Below are positions 1 through 11,548 of a DNA stretch of 64,000 nt, in pieces. A program made the translations under genes and the position numbers. The stretch is from Tubulanus polymorphus (lineage: Eukaryota > Animalia > Nemertea): positions 29,174,150 through 29,238,149 of the forward strand of contig NC_134026.1 in assembly GCF_964204645.1 (NCBI RefSeq). The letters are read 5' to 3'. Positions within the stretch are counted from its first letter, which is position 1. Each line of letters starts with the position of its first letter. The notes beneath the pieces are model-generated. The model was not told the DNA's origin. It saw nothing but the letters and a program-made list of their open reading frames with translations, and searched no databases.

Positions 1-355
1 CTCTTAGGTACGTACCATCGCACCCATGACCACCCCCCCCCCCAAATTATATTGATGCAAAGAACACAAATCCAAAAAAATATAAATACCTGATTTCATT
101 AATGATGTAACAAAAGAATTAAGCAAGTATTGTTGTTTATTGATTTTATATACCGGGTACTAAAAGCCGATAAAACACCAACGGCTATTTTCATTTGAGT
201 TTGGTACATAAAGTACGTACCAAGATTGATTAATACCCCCCTCCCTCAAAGTACGTACCTTTTTTGCTGACCCCCTCCCCCCATGTACCACTTTGTACCA
301 AAATTCAGTAACCCCCCCTCCCCCCGATGGAGGTACGTAATTTATGAACGCTCCC
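1..355. mobile_element. Partial PIF/Harbinger (Tourist-like) MITE; right terminus only, the other end is probably outside the window
   Basis: Ends in ...gtacgtaatttatgaacgctccc followed by tta (minus strand: taa|gggagcgttcataaattacgtac). Internal repeated gtacgtac motifs and C-tracts. Confidence 0.55.
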
Positions 356-1628
356 TTATCAGATTCTGGTTGTACGTACCAGCTCTCATCAATAGAGCTA
401 TATTTTTGCACTAAAGAGGCTGTACAGCTGAACCAATGCTGTGTGTCGATACTGATTGAGTAAATGCAGTTATATTCGAATTTTTTCTTGTATATAAGCA
501 ATTAAATATTGACATTTTCTTGTAAATAAAAGAATTAATAATTTGATATGGTGTGTTATGATTGTGTCTGTATTTGGGAGAAGAGCTGCGCTTATGTCCA
601 TTGAATGAACTCCAATATCCATTGAAACTATATCCATGAATCCTGAACAATTCCAAAAGCAGTAAACCAGTGATGAAAAAAAAAACAAATTGTTTTCTTT
701 AATTTTGATACTGGATTAAACGGTACGTCATGTCAATTTAGGAAAGTCCATATTAGAATTTCGTTTCTTGTTCCAATTTACTCTAATCCCATTTTTGATT
801 TTGGTCAAAGAGTAAGGCGGTATCAAATCATGCGTACAGGGTCGACAGTCTGTCCATGAGGATACTAGTTGTGATAAGTCAGACAAGTCATGATTAGGTA
901 TTAAAGCAATTCACTAAGTGAAAAACTGCCACCTGCCACTTTTTTCCGCATTAAGCGTTAAATTTTGCTTAAGCCTACAAAAGTCATGTCATCGTTGATG
1001 CCGGTCCTCTGATAGAAGAAAAATAAACTCAAAAGAAAAACCATTCAGTAAATGATAATAATAATTAGATAATTACTCCAAACCTAAGATGAGATATTCG
1101 AATTATTTAGCAAAAGTAGTTTAAAGTGTATTTCCTTGACGAATGAAAATGAAGATGTTTTAATTTCAAAATGTCTGACTTTAACGCCCCCTGTAGGCCA
1201 AAAAACGAAAAAATTGTAAAAGGCATCCACCACACATGATAGGCCACATACTCTGCTATCAAATGAGCCATGATGCCAAGCTGTAACAAAAAATGCCGTG
1301 ATCGTCGAATTTTCCATGATTGGCTGGCTGACTAAATATTGAGTTTATTAATCACAATGCAATAAAAGTGGTAATCTTCAATTTGCCTCGTGCAAATTCA
1401 TACGCTCGCTGTTGTAATGTGGTCACATTTCTCTGGTGAAATTAATCCCTTAAGTTCCTAATCTTTGTTCCTTGGTGAAATAATGTACGTTCGATATTGA
1501 CCCTCGCCATCAATGACTCTCGCCTTTCTTTCCTGCCACCTGAAATAATAAAAAGAAAGTATTTCTTAGTGGTTTAATTATTGATGTCGAAAAGTCTGTA
1601 AAACATTCTTTGAATTTAGTAAATTATA

Positions 1629-1700
1629 CAGCGGAACCTCGTTGCAACGAACTTCAGGGCACCAGAAAATCTGTTAGTTATAATTCGTTATATCAAGTAT
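1629..1700 (+). mobile_element. Truncated pogo/Tigger-like MITE end
   Basis: ta|cagcggaacctcgttgcaacgaac resembles pogo-type TIRs (TA followed by CAG.GGAACCTCG). Partner TIR not evident. Confidence 0.4.
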
Positions 1701-1770
1701 GGAAATCATTGATATTGTCTTATCTGCAATGAAAGTCTAGTTTTGTAATAACTGATAAATTCAACATTTA

Positions 1771-1942
1771 CCGTACGTTGCTGCCTCTATGCTCATCGTT
1801 AGCGGGATTTTTATACACTAACGTTAGTCAACTCTGGCAAGTTAAGGTCACGGAGTCTGGACAGCACGTCGATTGCCAGAGTTGACTTTAGTTAGTGTAT
1901 GAAAATCCCGCTAACGATGAGCATAGAGGCAGCACTGTACGG
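1771..1942. repeat. Long foldback inverted repeat (~70-bp arms), possibly a Tc1/mariner-type MITE
   Basis: Left arm ccgtacgttgctgcctctatgctcatcgttagcgggattt...tctggcaa pairs with right arm ttgccaga...aaatcccgctaacgatgagcatagaggcagcactgtacgg. Left flank is TA, right flank is TC. Confidence 0.85.
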
Positions 1943-1943
1943 T

Positions 1944-2314
1944 CGGGACACCCCTGTACATCCTTTATTAAGCATCAGGACAACTCTGAATCAGTATCAG
2001 TAATTACTGGCTTTGAACCCGGGACACCCATGTACATCCTCTATTCAGCATCAATACCACTCTGAACCAGTATCAGTAATTACTTTATTCGAACCTGGGA
2101 CAACACCTGTACATCCTTTATTCACAGGATCACTCTGAACCAGTATCAGTAATTACTGGGTTCGAACCCGGGACACCCCCTGTTCATCCTTTATCCATCA
2201 GGACCACTCTGAATCACAGTAATTACTGGATTTGAACCCGGGACACCCCCGTGCACCCTCTATTCAGCATCAGGACCACTCTGAACCAGTATCAGTAATT
2301 ACTGGGTTCGAACC
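1944..2314. repeat. Tandem array of five ~70-76 bp units
   Basis: Unit approximately cgggacacccctgtacatcctttattcagcatcaggaccactctgaaccagtatcagtaattactgggttcgaacc, repeated five times with small indels. Confidence 0.92.
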
Positions 2315-3035
2315 TTAGAGACGATCAGGAGGTCATCGGCTACATTTACCGAAAGCATGAAGAAAATAAAAACAATGATTTTTACAAGAGAAACAAATTT
2401 TACAAATCTCATGTAATTAATCATGTAATGTTAATATCAAAAGAAGGATACTGGGTGCCACTTTTAAAGGCAAAGTTAACAATTCAGGACTCTGCTTCTG
2501 TATATAAAAATCAAACCGATCATCAGTGGAAATATCAAATTAGCGGGTGATGAAATATATATGCCATCACAAAATTGCCGAAGGGCACTTGAATTTTAGA
2601 CCGTACAATGTATTGGGCAATACGGTCTGGATCCGCCCTTGATGGATAGTGACAATCAAAAAGATTGCTAATTTCATAATTACTCTTCGGCAGCTCAACA
2701 GTCGCTTCTAACCGGTCAACAAGTGTTAGGTGTGTCCGGGTTGAAGTGGTAAGCTGTATTGCCAATATTTGATTATCATGTTTTCCGGACATCCTCGTCT
2801 CCGCACAATGTTGGTGGGAATATTGGGTTGAAAAAAGAGTTGGATTGCAAGATAACAAAAAACCGCTGACTGGTGAACTAACAAAGTTCAGAGTAGCTAA
2901 ACGGATAAAGAATTTCAATCATATTTATTCTCATACAGTGTACAACAATTACACAAAATGCCAGGTTTGTGCTCGAGGTATTATAACGTTTTAAGCTCCT
3001 CAAACATGTGGACTGTATTTCAAAAACAGTCCAAC

Positions 3036-3140
3036 CATGGACGTATAAACTATAAACTAGAGTTTATACATCCATGGTCCAACCATAGACTCTAAAACAG
3101 AAACGTCTATGGCCCACAACCATGGACTCTCGAGTCCATG
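3036..3140. repeat. Three adjacent mini-hairpins with CATRGAC-type termini
   Basis: Hairpins at 3036-3076, 3084-3111 and 3121-3140. gtccaac flanks the first on both sides (3029-3035 and 3077-3083). Confidence 0.8.
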
Positions 3141-3231
3141 GCTCCCCGCACTAAAACCAGAGATAAACCTGGCCAAATACTCTGGAAAGCGTAAGATTTA
3201 ATGAATCAATCTGATTTACATTTTTACTCTT

Positions 3232-3394
3232 TAAAATTTGACCCAGCCGGCCACCTATTTACCAAGGTATTACTTTAAAATCATGATCAAGCTAACCATA
3301 ACAGACCCGGCAGATAGAAATTAACTGATTACAAATTTCATTGATTTATGAAATGACCCGACCGATCAGGAAAAACAAGGTATCATTCTTAGCC
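3232..3394 (-). mobile_element. Degenerate partial copy of the Harbinger-like MITE at 48123-48341
   Basis: Reverse-complement similarity through the blocks gacccagccggccacct, ccataacagacccggc and aacaaggtatcattcttagcc|tta. Confidence 0.75.
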
Positions 3395-4534
3395 TTAATA
3401 ATGACTTAGATTATTCAATGATAAAATCACTAGCTTTTAATATCACATATCATGCAAGGTCACTTCAAAGTTTTTATTCAAATTTCCACTCCAACTGATT
3501 CATACAATTTGAATCAATAGGAAAATAACAAAATTACACAAAGAATTGTAAACTTTGATCCATAAAACACCGACAATTGGGACTAGTCTGAATGTCTAAG
3601 ACTGTTAATTTGACATTTCATGATGTCACCGGGCATAAGTGACAATCAACTTAGCTTTATGTATGCATGCATTCCTGTTGCCATGCAGGACAAGGTCAAG
3701 ACTGCCAGGTTCGGTTGCGGCAGGTCTTTCGGTGTTTGGTGGTACTTCAAGGTGGAGTCTTTTGTGGGCACTTCTGGTGGGCAGATTTTAGATGGGCCTT
3801 TCCGGATTAACCTGAAATGAGTAAAAGAACGATATTCTGTAGTTACACAATCCTTTCCGTATACACTGACAGTTCATGCACCCCGAGATAACTAACTCAC
3901 ACAATGCACGAGGAAAGCGGTCTATTTGAGTCATGGGGGAAAAACCCACTTACCATGTATTCATGATTAATCGATCATCATTCATACTGTTATCACAGAA
4001 TCCCGTCAATAGACAGATTTTCATTAAAAAAAACTCCTTGATTCAATTGAGGGGAGACATATTAGGCTTTTTTTATTACTTGGAGCACCGATCCTCTGAA
4101 ATTCTGCCAAAAACTTCATGCTTACCACTCATAATTTGAAAAAAAAATGAAGCCTTGGTTATTTCATAAATATTTTATTTTTTCCATAAAAATAAACACA
4201 TGAAATGACAAGGACAAAAAGGACGGTAAACATCGAGAATGAATTCTAATTTCCTTCAAAACAAATTGTGTCTATCGATTGCCTTTAATACCTCTTTAAA
4301 AACTAAATTCAGTGATAAGATGGAAGACTGTTGATGCTAAAAGTGAAATAGTGCTTATCAGAGATTGCTTTATTATTACTCCTTATCAAACTATCCAATA
4401 TGGACAAACAAAAATTACATGTAGAAATCATTAAAATATTCTCACACTTTACATGAAGAGAATTTGTTCTTGTCGATTCACCAAACAAATACATTCAGAT
4501 TCTTTGTTCGTATATAAACCCGATAAAACAACAA

Positions 4535-6350
4535 TCAAACAATAGTAGCAGGTTTTGACACCTGTCTAATCGGTCTTCTCGTAAACGATATCTTATTTTT
4601 CCATTCATGAAATGTTCGGTCGAATTTCGACTTGTTTTTACTATAAACGTTAAGATATATCCCTAGCAGCACTATCAAACCAGACCACACATACCTGTAA
4701 ATAATAGTAAATATATTGCATAAGACAAGGGCTTTAGAGGAGTTCTATAATAATGGCCTGAAATTAACATTATTTACTTACTGCATTGTGAACGGTTTAG
4801 AGAAGAATATGAAAGATAAGATAATTGTTACCGCTTTCCTACAAGTTGTTACTGAAAATGAAATATGAAAAAAAAAATCTTTTTATAAACTCGAAAAAAA
4901 GCTGCAGTTTTTACTCCTTGTATCAATTACCTGTAACAGCTACTAATGCTCCAACTGTTTTAACTAGAGCGAGCACAAAGTTGATTCCAAGATACCCACT
5001 CAGTGAAAATATCACAGCATATCCATATGTCTTCAGAGGATACTGAAAAATTGTCATCGCTTATTCTCAATATTAACAATTCAGTACAGGGACCTAAAAC
5101 TGATCAAAACCAAGAACTACTTACATTGAGACAAAACTGAAATGCTGGAACGAGTTGTCCAAACATCAATAAACCAAAAAGGATATATACAAATCCTATA
5201 GCATAGGAGTACAATACCTAGAAAATAATTGAAAAAGAAATTGTTTCAATACGTGTACAATATCATCTCATGAATGGGTACCAGCAGAGAATTTACATAC
5301 CATTTCACTATTGCTGCTACCATGTAGTTTCATAGCTTTTTCTTGCACATTGCCTATCACTGCATCGGCACATAGAGCCAAAGAGATCAATACCACCCCT
5401 AGAATTATGAGAATATTTAGTTAATCATATTCAGGAGTAGATGAATATATCGGTAGTTGTGAAACTATACTAACCATAAAGATGAAAGTTTGGAGACATC
5501 GAACTATCCGCTAATGTGAACATTATCAAACCTATACTCATCAATAGACAAGCTACAAAATCTAGAACTTTATAAACTTTTCCTGAAATGAAAGTATACC
5601 TTTTAAGAAATCGAATACTTGATTCACCGCTTGTGGAGTTTCAATATTGATCTTTTGAGCACGTATACCTTGTATGATTATTCCACCGATAAGAACTGGA
5701 ATTAGTTTACAACATTTGAAAACCACTTGAGTTGGGTAGTTCAGATATCCGACTGATGTATTGGACAGACCCATAGTAGCAACAGTCAAAAATGCTATGA
5801 GACTATAAGTTTTCAATGGAATTCTGAAATTGAACATTATATCAAGTAAGCAGAACTGAATCTGGATGAAATTGATTTAAAAACACAGTAGATTTTGGAC
5901 TCATACTTTCTAGATTTATCCTGTTTGAATCGAAGTTCCACCAAACCGAATCCTGTATAACAAGCAAATTGTACTAAAGTTAAATACCAGCCATACGGAC
6001 GGAATCCTTCCAACTTGAATATCAGCTCCTGAAAACGATACATAAAATCAGCGAAATAATCGAAAACTAAAATCTAATTGTAGCTGAAAGGTTCTTACTT
6101 GAAAATATCCATAAATCAGATAGAATACGAATACTCCTAAAACGCATATGAAAAACTGTGATATTTCAGAATATTTTCCAATGTCTATTCCCAAAATCTT
6201 TAAGTCCTCAGCCTTCTCTTTTCTATCGACAGGAATCGAGATTTTAACTTCGCCGAGGTCTGAAGTTTTCGGGTTTATATTTATGATTTTTCGGTCCTTG
6301 TTGTTGCCTTTGTAACGAAGATCGCTGATAATTTGAAAGAATCGAGACAT
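4535..6350 (-). CDS. SLC35B3: PAPS transporter 2 (nucleotide-sugar transporter family), about 9 coding exons
   Basis: Exon peptides FLIYGYFQ|ELIF..GWYLTLVQF, TMGLSNTSVGYLNYPTQVVFKCCKLIPVLIGG, ALCADAVIGNVQEKAMK and VTTCRKAVTIILSF. Last exon YVWSGLIVLLGIYLNVYSK...PATIV*. GT-AG boundaries. Confidence 0.93.
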
Positions 6351-6908
6351 GACGTTTTCTGTGAAAAAAAAACAAAAATTTTGGCAAACATTTTCCCAAT
6401 TCTTTTCTAGGCTTATCTAAATACAGATTTGTTGAATTTTTTGAAAGTGGATGGTAAATGGTTGTATTCTAGGATTTTTGATACAAAAACCAAATAAAGA
6501 ATTACCTCGATCCCTTGCTTGTGATTCTAATGAAATGTTTACCATTTGATTTGTTGTCATGTTAAGATAATTAAACCATCTCGAAATTAATGGACCAACT
6601 CAATTTTGACACCGGCCTGTGTAATACGTCATCAAAACATGTCATGTAGTTGATGTTGCAACGAAATAGTATGATCAGACTTTCATTAATTCGTAATTTG
6701 TGTTAATTATTACATCATTTCTAAAAAATATATTGGAAAATAATTATGTTCTTCATTTTTCGAATTTAATAATTCAAGTTAATATTGTGTTGTAAATTTG
6801 TTAGCAATAATTCCACTTCTAGAGCAATGTATTTTTATGAGACACGAGCCGGAAATAATTTTCAATAAAATTTAATTGGAATACAATAAAGGCATCCTGC
6901 TCGTTGAA

Positions 6909-9900
6909 ATGCCTAAGACCGCGGCTTCGAGCTTTAGTTTTGACACTTCGAGGAAATCACTTCGTGTAAGTATTTATTGTTTTTCTATAGTCAAATGGGA
7001 TTAGTAGAAACATCTAATAACAAATATAAAAAGATGATACAAAAGGTGGAATGGAAAAAGGTATTTGAATTTGATTGGAATTTGGATTGTGACTTATGAG
7101 TTATCTCAAAATTGAATGATTTTAGAGTGTAAGTTATAAAAGGAAATTTAAAACTAGTTTACCATTTTTTTCAGGATATTATTCATAAAACAGATCAGTA
7201 TGACAGCATTGAAAAAATCAGCTCAAATTTCTCTAAGCTTGCCGGAAGGTTTGTATTCCACCACTGCCCAGCCAGGATAAACAGTCTCTCTAATAGATTT
7301 CCGAATGTTGTAGAACCTTGTTTTGTATTAATGTATTTCTGTTTTAGTGATGTTGAAAAGAAACTTGCATTGGATCAAGCATTCAGAGATTGTTTGAAAG
7401 ATCTAGTTGTAAGTTACTCCTCTGCTCTATCCTATAGTATCATTGACTATTTATATGGAATAGAGGGCTGAATCTAATGATTGACTGCTTTAAATTTTAC
7501 AGTTGAATTCCAGTGAATGTGAGACTTACAAAGCCTTAATCAACCTTTCAGTATTAGCTGTGAAAAATGGTAAGAGACATGGAATCTTAATCGCCCACTA
7601 CTAAAGGGAAGAAGATATCTTGAACCTATCAATGATACCAGAGTGGTGCTCTGAGAAATTAAGACATTGAGTTTACATGAAAATTTCTACAAGGTTTTAA
7701 ACTGTAGATTATCTTTCAGAATTATGTTCACCATCGACGCCGTTTCTGATGTTATCTGATGTATTTGATAGTGTCACATTAGAGAGATGCGATGATGTTT
7801 TTACATATGTCGAAGAAGGTGTCATGGAATGGAAATCTGTGAGTTTCATTAACCCTCTCAGTGCGTCTACACCGCAGTGCAGTGTATAAATCAGTGATAG
7901 ACTTTGCTAGTACACCGCATTGTGGTGTATTGATGTAATTAGTAATCAGTTAATTATCTCTCTTGAAAAATGGCAGCACCTGTCAAACGTAGTGAAATAC
8001 TAGTAACTAACGATAAACCGTGCCGCAGTGTAGATGCACTATAGTGGTATTCCCATTATTCAACACACTAGGGTGGAATTTTTTAAAATTTTCAAATTAT
8101 ATCCAGCACTATAGGGTATTGATTAGTCAGCACTGAAAGAGTTTAACAATTCCAAATTTAGCTTTAGAACAATTCCTTCTTACTTACTGTTTGTTGTTTT
8201 CAATTAAAGGATATGTTTTATGGAGCTGGAAAGAATTACCTGTTGAGAATGTGTAATGGTATGTATGAATTACAGATATCCAGATGACGTCAATGAAAAC
8301 TTCATTTGAAAATTACTGTCATAATTTCAGATCTTTTACGACGGTTATCGAAATCACAGAACACGGTGTTTTGTGGTCGAATTCAGCTGTTTCTAGCACG
8401 ATTGTTCCCTCTATCGGAGAAATCAGGTCAGTAAGAATTCATTCAACATGTTCATTAAATAGGTACGCGCAATTTTGCGTATCTTCAAACCCTGACAGAG
8501 AAGTGGGCAATTTCTTCACAACTACATGAAATACGTATTGATTTGATTGAAGGTTTGAATTTAATGAGTCAGTTCCATGTGGACAACGTGACTAAATTTG
8601 ATCTGGAGATCGACATGACCCATTTCAAGGTAAGCCACGTCTCAATGCGATATTTTATAAAGATAATCTGTCCTGGATGGGATAATCACGATAGTAATGA
8701 TTTCTATAGGAAACTGGTGAGAAGTCGATCGAGGAGAGTATGGATGTTGAAGAAGGAGAGATGAATGAACCTGCCGGGTATGTCAATTAGGTAGAATCAA
8801 TTATGTAGGTTGTTCATTGTTCATGGCTTTAATTCATTATTCCGATATAATTTCAGGTCTGTTCCTATAGATTACAATATGTATCGTAAATTCTGGTCGT
8901 TACAAGATTACTTCCGCTCACCGTTACAATGTTATGAGAAACTTGCCTGGAGACAGTTTCAATCGGTCAGTTGGAAGCCTTTCCGTTTCTTTTGTAGTTT
9001 TGTCATACCGAGTTCATTCAACTCATTCTCCATTTTCGCTCTATTTCTAGAATGCCAATGATGTTTTAAACGCGTTTACTAGTTATAAATTACCCGACAT
9101 CAAAATCTCGAAGAAAAAACAACCGAAAACCTCGAAGTCTCAGAACACATACTTTGCCAAGTATCTCACCAGCTCTAAGGCAAGTTGTTTGTGGTTTCTC
9201 TTCAAATTTCATGCGTTATATTTCCTTCTCTATGTTTATATTTTCTAAATTTGTGTAGCTATTGGATCTGCAACTAAGTGATAGTAACTTCAGGAGATAT
9301 GTCCTCACGCAGTTCATTATTCTATTTCAATATCTGAACGCTACTGTCAAATTCAAAAGGTATCTAGTATTTTCTCCCCCTCTCTGTTGGTCAGATATTT
9401 TTGATATCAAACAAATTCCAAAAAATATATGCATGTAAAATTTATTTCCATTCAGCAATGAACATGTGATGAGTGAAGAACAATCTAATTGGGTGAAAGA
9501 AACCACCGCAAAAGTTCTACAATTAATCAAAGAAACACCACCAGATGGCGCATCATTCGCTGAATATTTACAGGTAATTCTTCAAACCTGAAATTTAGAT
9601 TTAAAAAGTATAATATGTATTCATCACTTAAGAAATATTTATCTCTGAATTTAGCATGTTCTACAAAGAGAGGAGAATTGGAATAGTTGGAAAAATGATG
9701 GTTGTCCGAATTTTGTCCGCGAGAAATCCGTCGATGCTAAACCTCGGCAACGGTTAGATTTCGCTTAGAGTTTCATCGGTTTTATAATTCATTCAGAGCA
9801 TGTAATTGTTTATGTGTTAATTTCGAACAGGAAAAAGAGAAGCCTCGGCGATGATATCAGAGCATGTGGTGGTAAAGTAATAAAGATGGGTAGCCCTGAA

Positions 9901-11008
9901 TTAACCAGATTATGGAACTTATGCCCGGATAATATTGAGGCTTGCAAGGCAGAATCTAGGTACGATGATTTGTGATGATTAAATCTATGCATGAAATGTG
10001 TGATCAAATAGTTTCAATAACTCAATTCGATGCATCATTTCAGAATATTTCTACCAAGCTTGGAGAAATTCTTCGAACCCGCTATAGAGGCAGCAAATCC
10101 AGAAAACATGGTTGAAGATCAGTATAAGTATGTTTATTTCTTAACCCTGTCTGTTTGCATAGCTTAAGAAATTCTTTAAAGAAAATCGTATGTTAAAAAA
10201 TTTGCTCTTGCAGAGATCACCTGAAAGCGAACTGGCAATGGACAGCGCTGAGATTGTTAGCTAGAAGAAGTCCACATTTCTTCTCCCAGACAAACCAACC
10301 AGGGAAACCGTTACATAATTTCTTGGAAGGATTGTTTGCAAAAATGGCGAAAGAAATTCCGAGCGTAAGATAATGTCATTCTTGTGAATTGACCAATCGT
10401 TGATTCTGATTAGAAATACGATCTAATCAATAATTAGATATGTGTGTATTTCAGTCTCAGAACGATGAAAAGTTAGATGAAAGTAAAGTCGATGAAGAAG
10501 TTGAAGGTGGTGAACAAGGACAAGATGAAGACCTTCAGGGAGAAAATGGTAAATATTAAACGCCATTATTATATTGCTTTTACGTCATTCATTGTCATAA
10601 TTATTGTATGCAAAACATCACTTACAGCAAAAGAGAATGAACCAGACACTCTTAGTAAAGAACTTATCGAGATGGTTGCAGAAAAGTTAGATGATAATTG
10701 GAAGAAATTGGCAACTGAATTAAATTTCACCGGTGAAGATGTTAAGTTTATCGAAAGCGATGTAGAAACCGTTGATGCTAAGGCAAAAGCTATGAAAATG
10801 CTTACAAACTGGATGGTAAGTATAGTTCCGATTACATCTTAATGTTTAAAATATCTGATATGAGGTAGAATTAGATGACGATTACATCCATACATTTCAG
10901 GAGGTTGAAGGTGAACGGGCTTCAAATACACAACTGAATGTGGCTCTTAGAGAAATAGGATTAACATCAATAGCTGATGTTGTGTTTGGCGAAGTAAATA
11001 ACTCATAA
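6909..11008 (+). CDS. THOC1: THO complex subunit 1 (Hpr1/p84) with C-terminal death domain, about 20 exons
   Basis: [19 protein letters not shown]|DII...|[21 protein letters not shown]|[54 protein letters not shown]|[20 protein letters not shown]. Death-domain exon at about 10628-10815; stop TAA at 11006-11008. Confidence 0.95.
7853..8141 (+). mobile_element. piggyBac-type MITE in a THOC1 intron (copy 1)
   Basis: ttaa|ccctctcagtgc...gcactgaaagag|tttaa, highly similar to 56398-56685. Confidence 0.88.
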
Positions 11009-11548
11009 ATATTCCTTATTTAAAGATCTTCAGCATTTATATGTAATCTATGTCCTATTTTGTACTGTAAATAAATCAACAAAAGAATCAATCAGTAATT
11101 ATTGTTGTATGCGTCGTTCATTGTTGATGTTCGTCGTCCTTATCGATGAGATTATGAGAACTCCATTGATTTGCTGTGATTGTTCCAATATCCATTGAAA
11201 CTACTTTCACCCAGTCCTGTGAGTGGCTGTATCCACAGCCATCTAAGTTGCTCTACAATCCCAGTGATGTGAAGATATAAAAAACATCTCAAAGGATTAA
11301 TATCGTAACATTGGTTTATACGTACAAAGTAGATTTATTAATTCATATATTTATCAAAAATCTTTATCAAATATATATATATATTTCTATAAATATTAAT
11401 AATTAATCATCTGCTAATATAAAATGTTGAAAATTCAATAACAATTTACTAGGCAAATTTTGATACAAACATACAAAACCACCTTTGTTTTAACGAAGAA
11501 CTAATTCATTCCGAAATTGTATGAGGCTTCACACTAGACTAATTATCA

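Noticed and set aside
1944-2314. CRISPR array or tRNA gene cluster
   Set aside because: Units are contiguous with no unique spacers, the context is eukaryotic with no cas genes, and no complete cloverleaf can be folded.
2535-2918. 127-aa ORF with faint resemblance to an AP-endonuclease motif (CAETRM)
   Set aside because: Non-ATG start and no further recognisable motifs; cannot be supported without an HMM search.
7585-7655. Possible C/D snoRNA in a THOC1 intron (loose 28S complement, ctga box)
   Set aside because: No proper RUGAUGA C box or terminal stem, and the complementarity is too imperfect.
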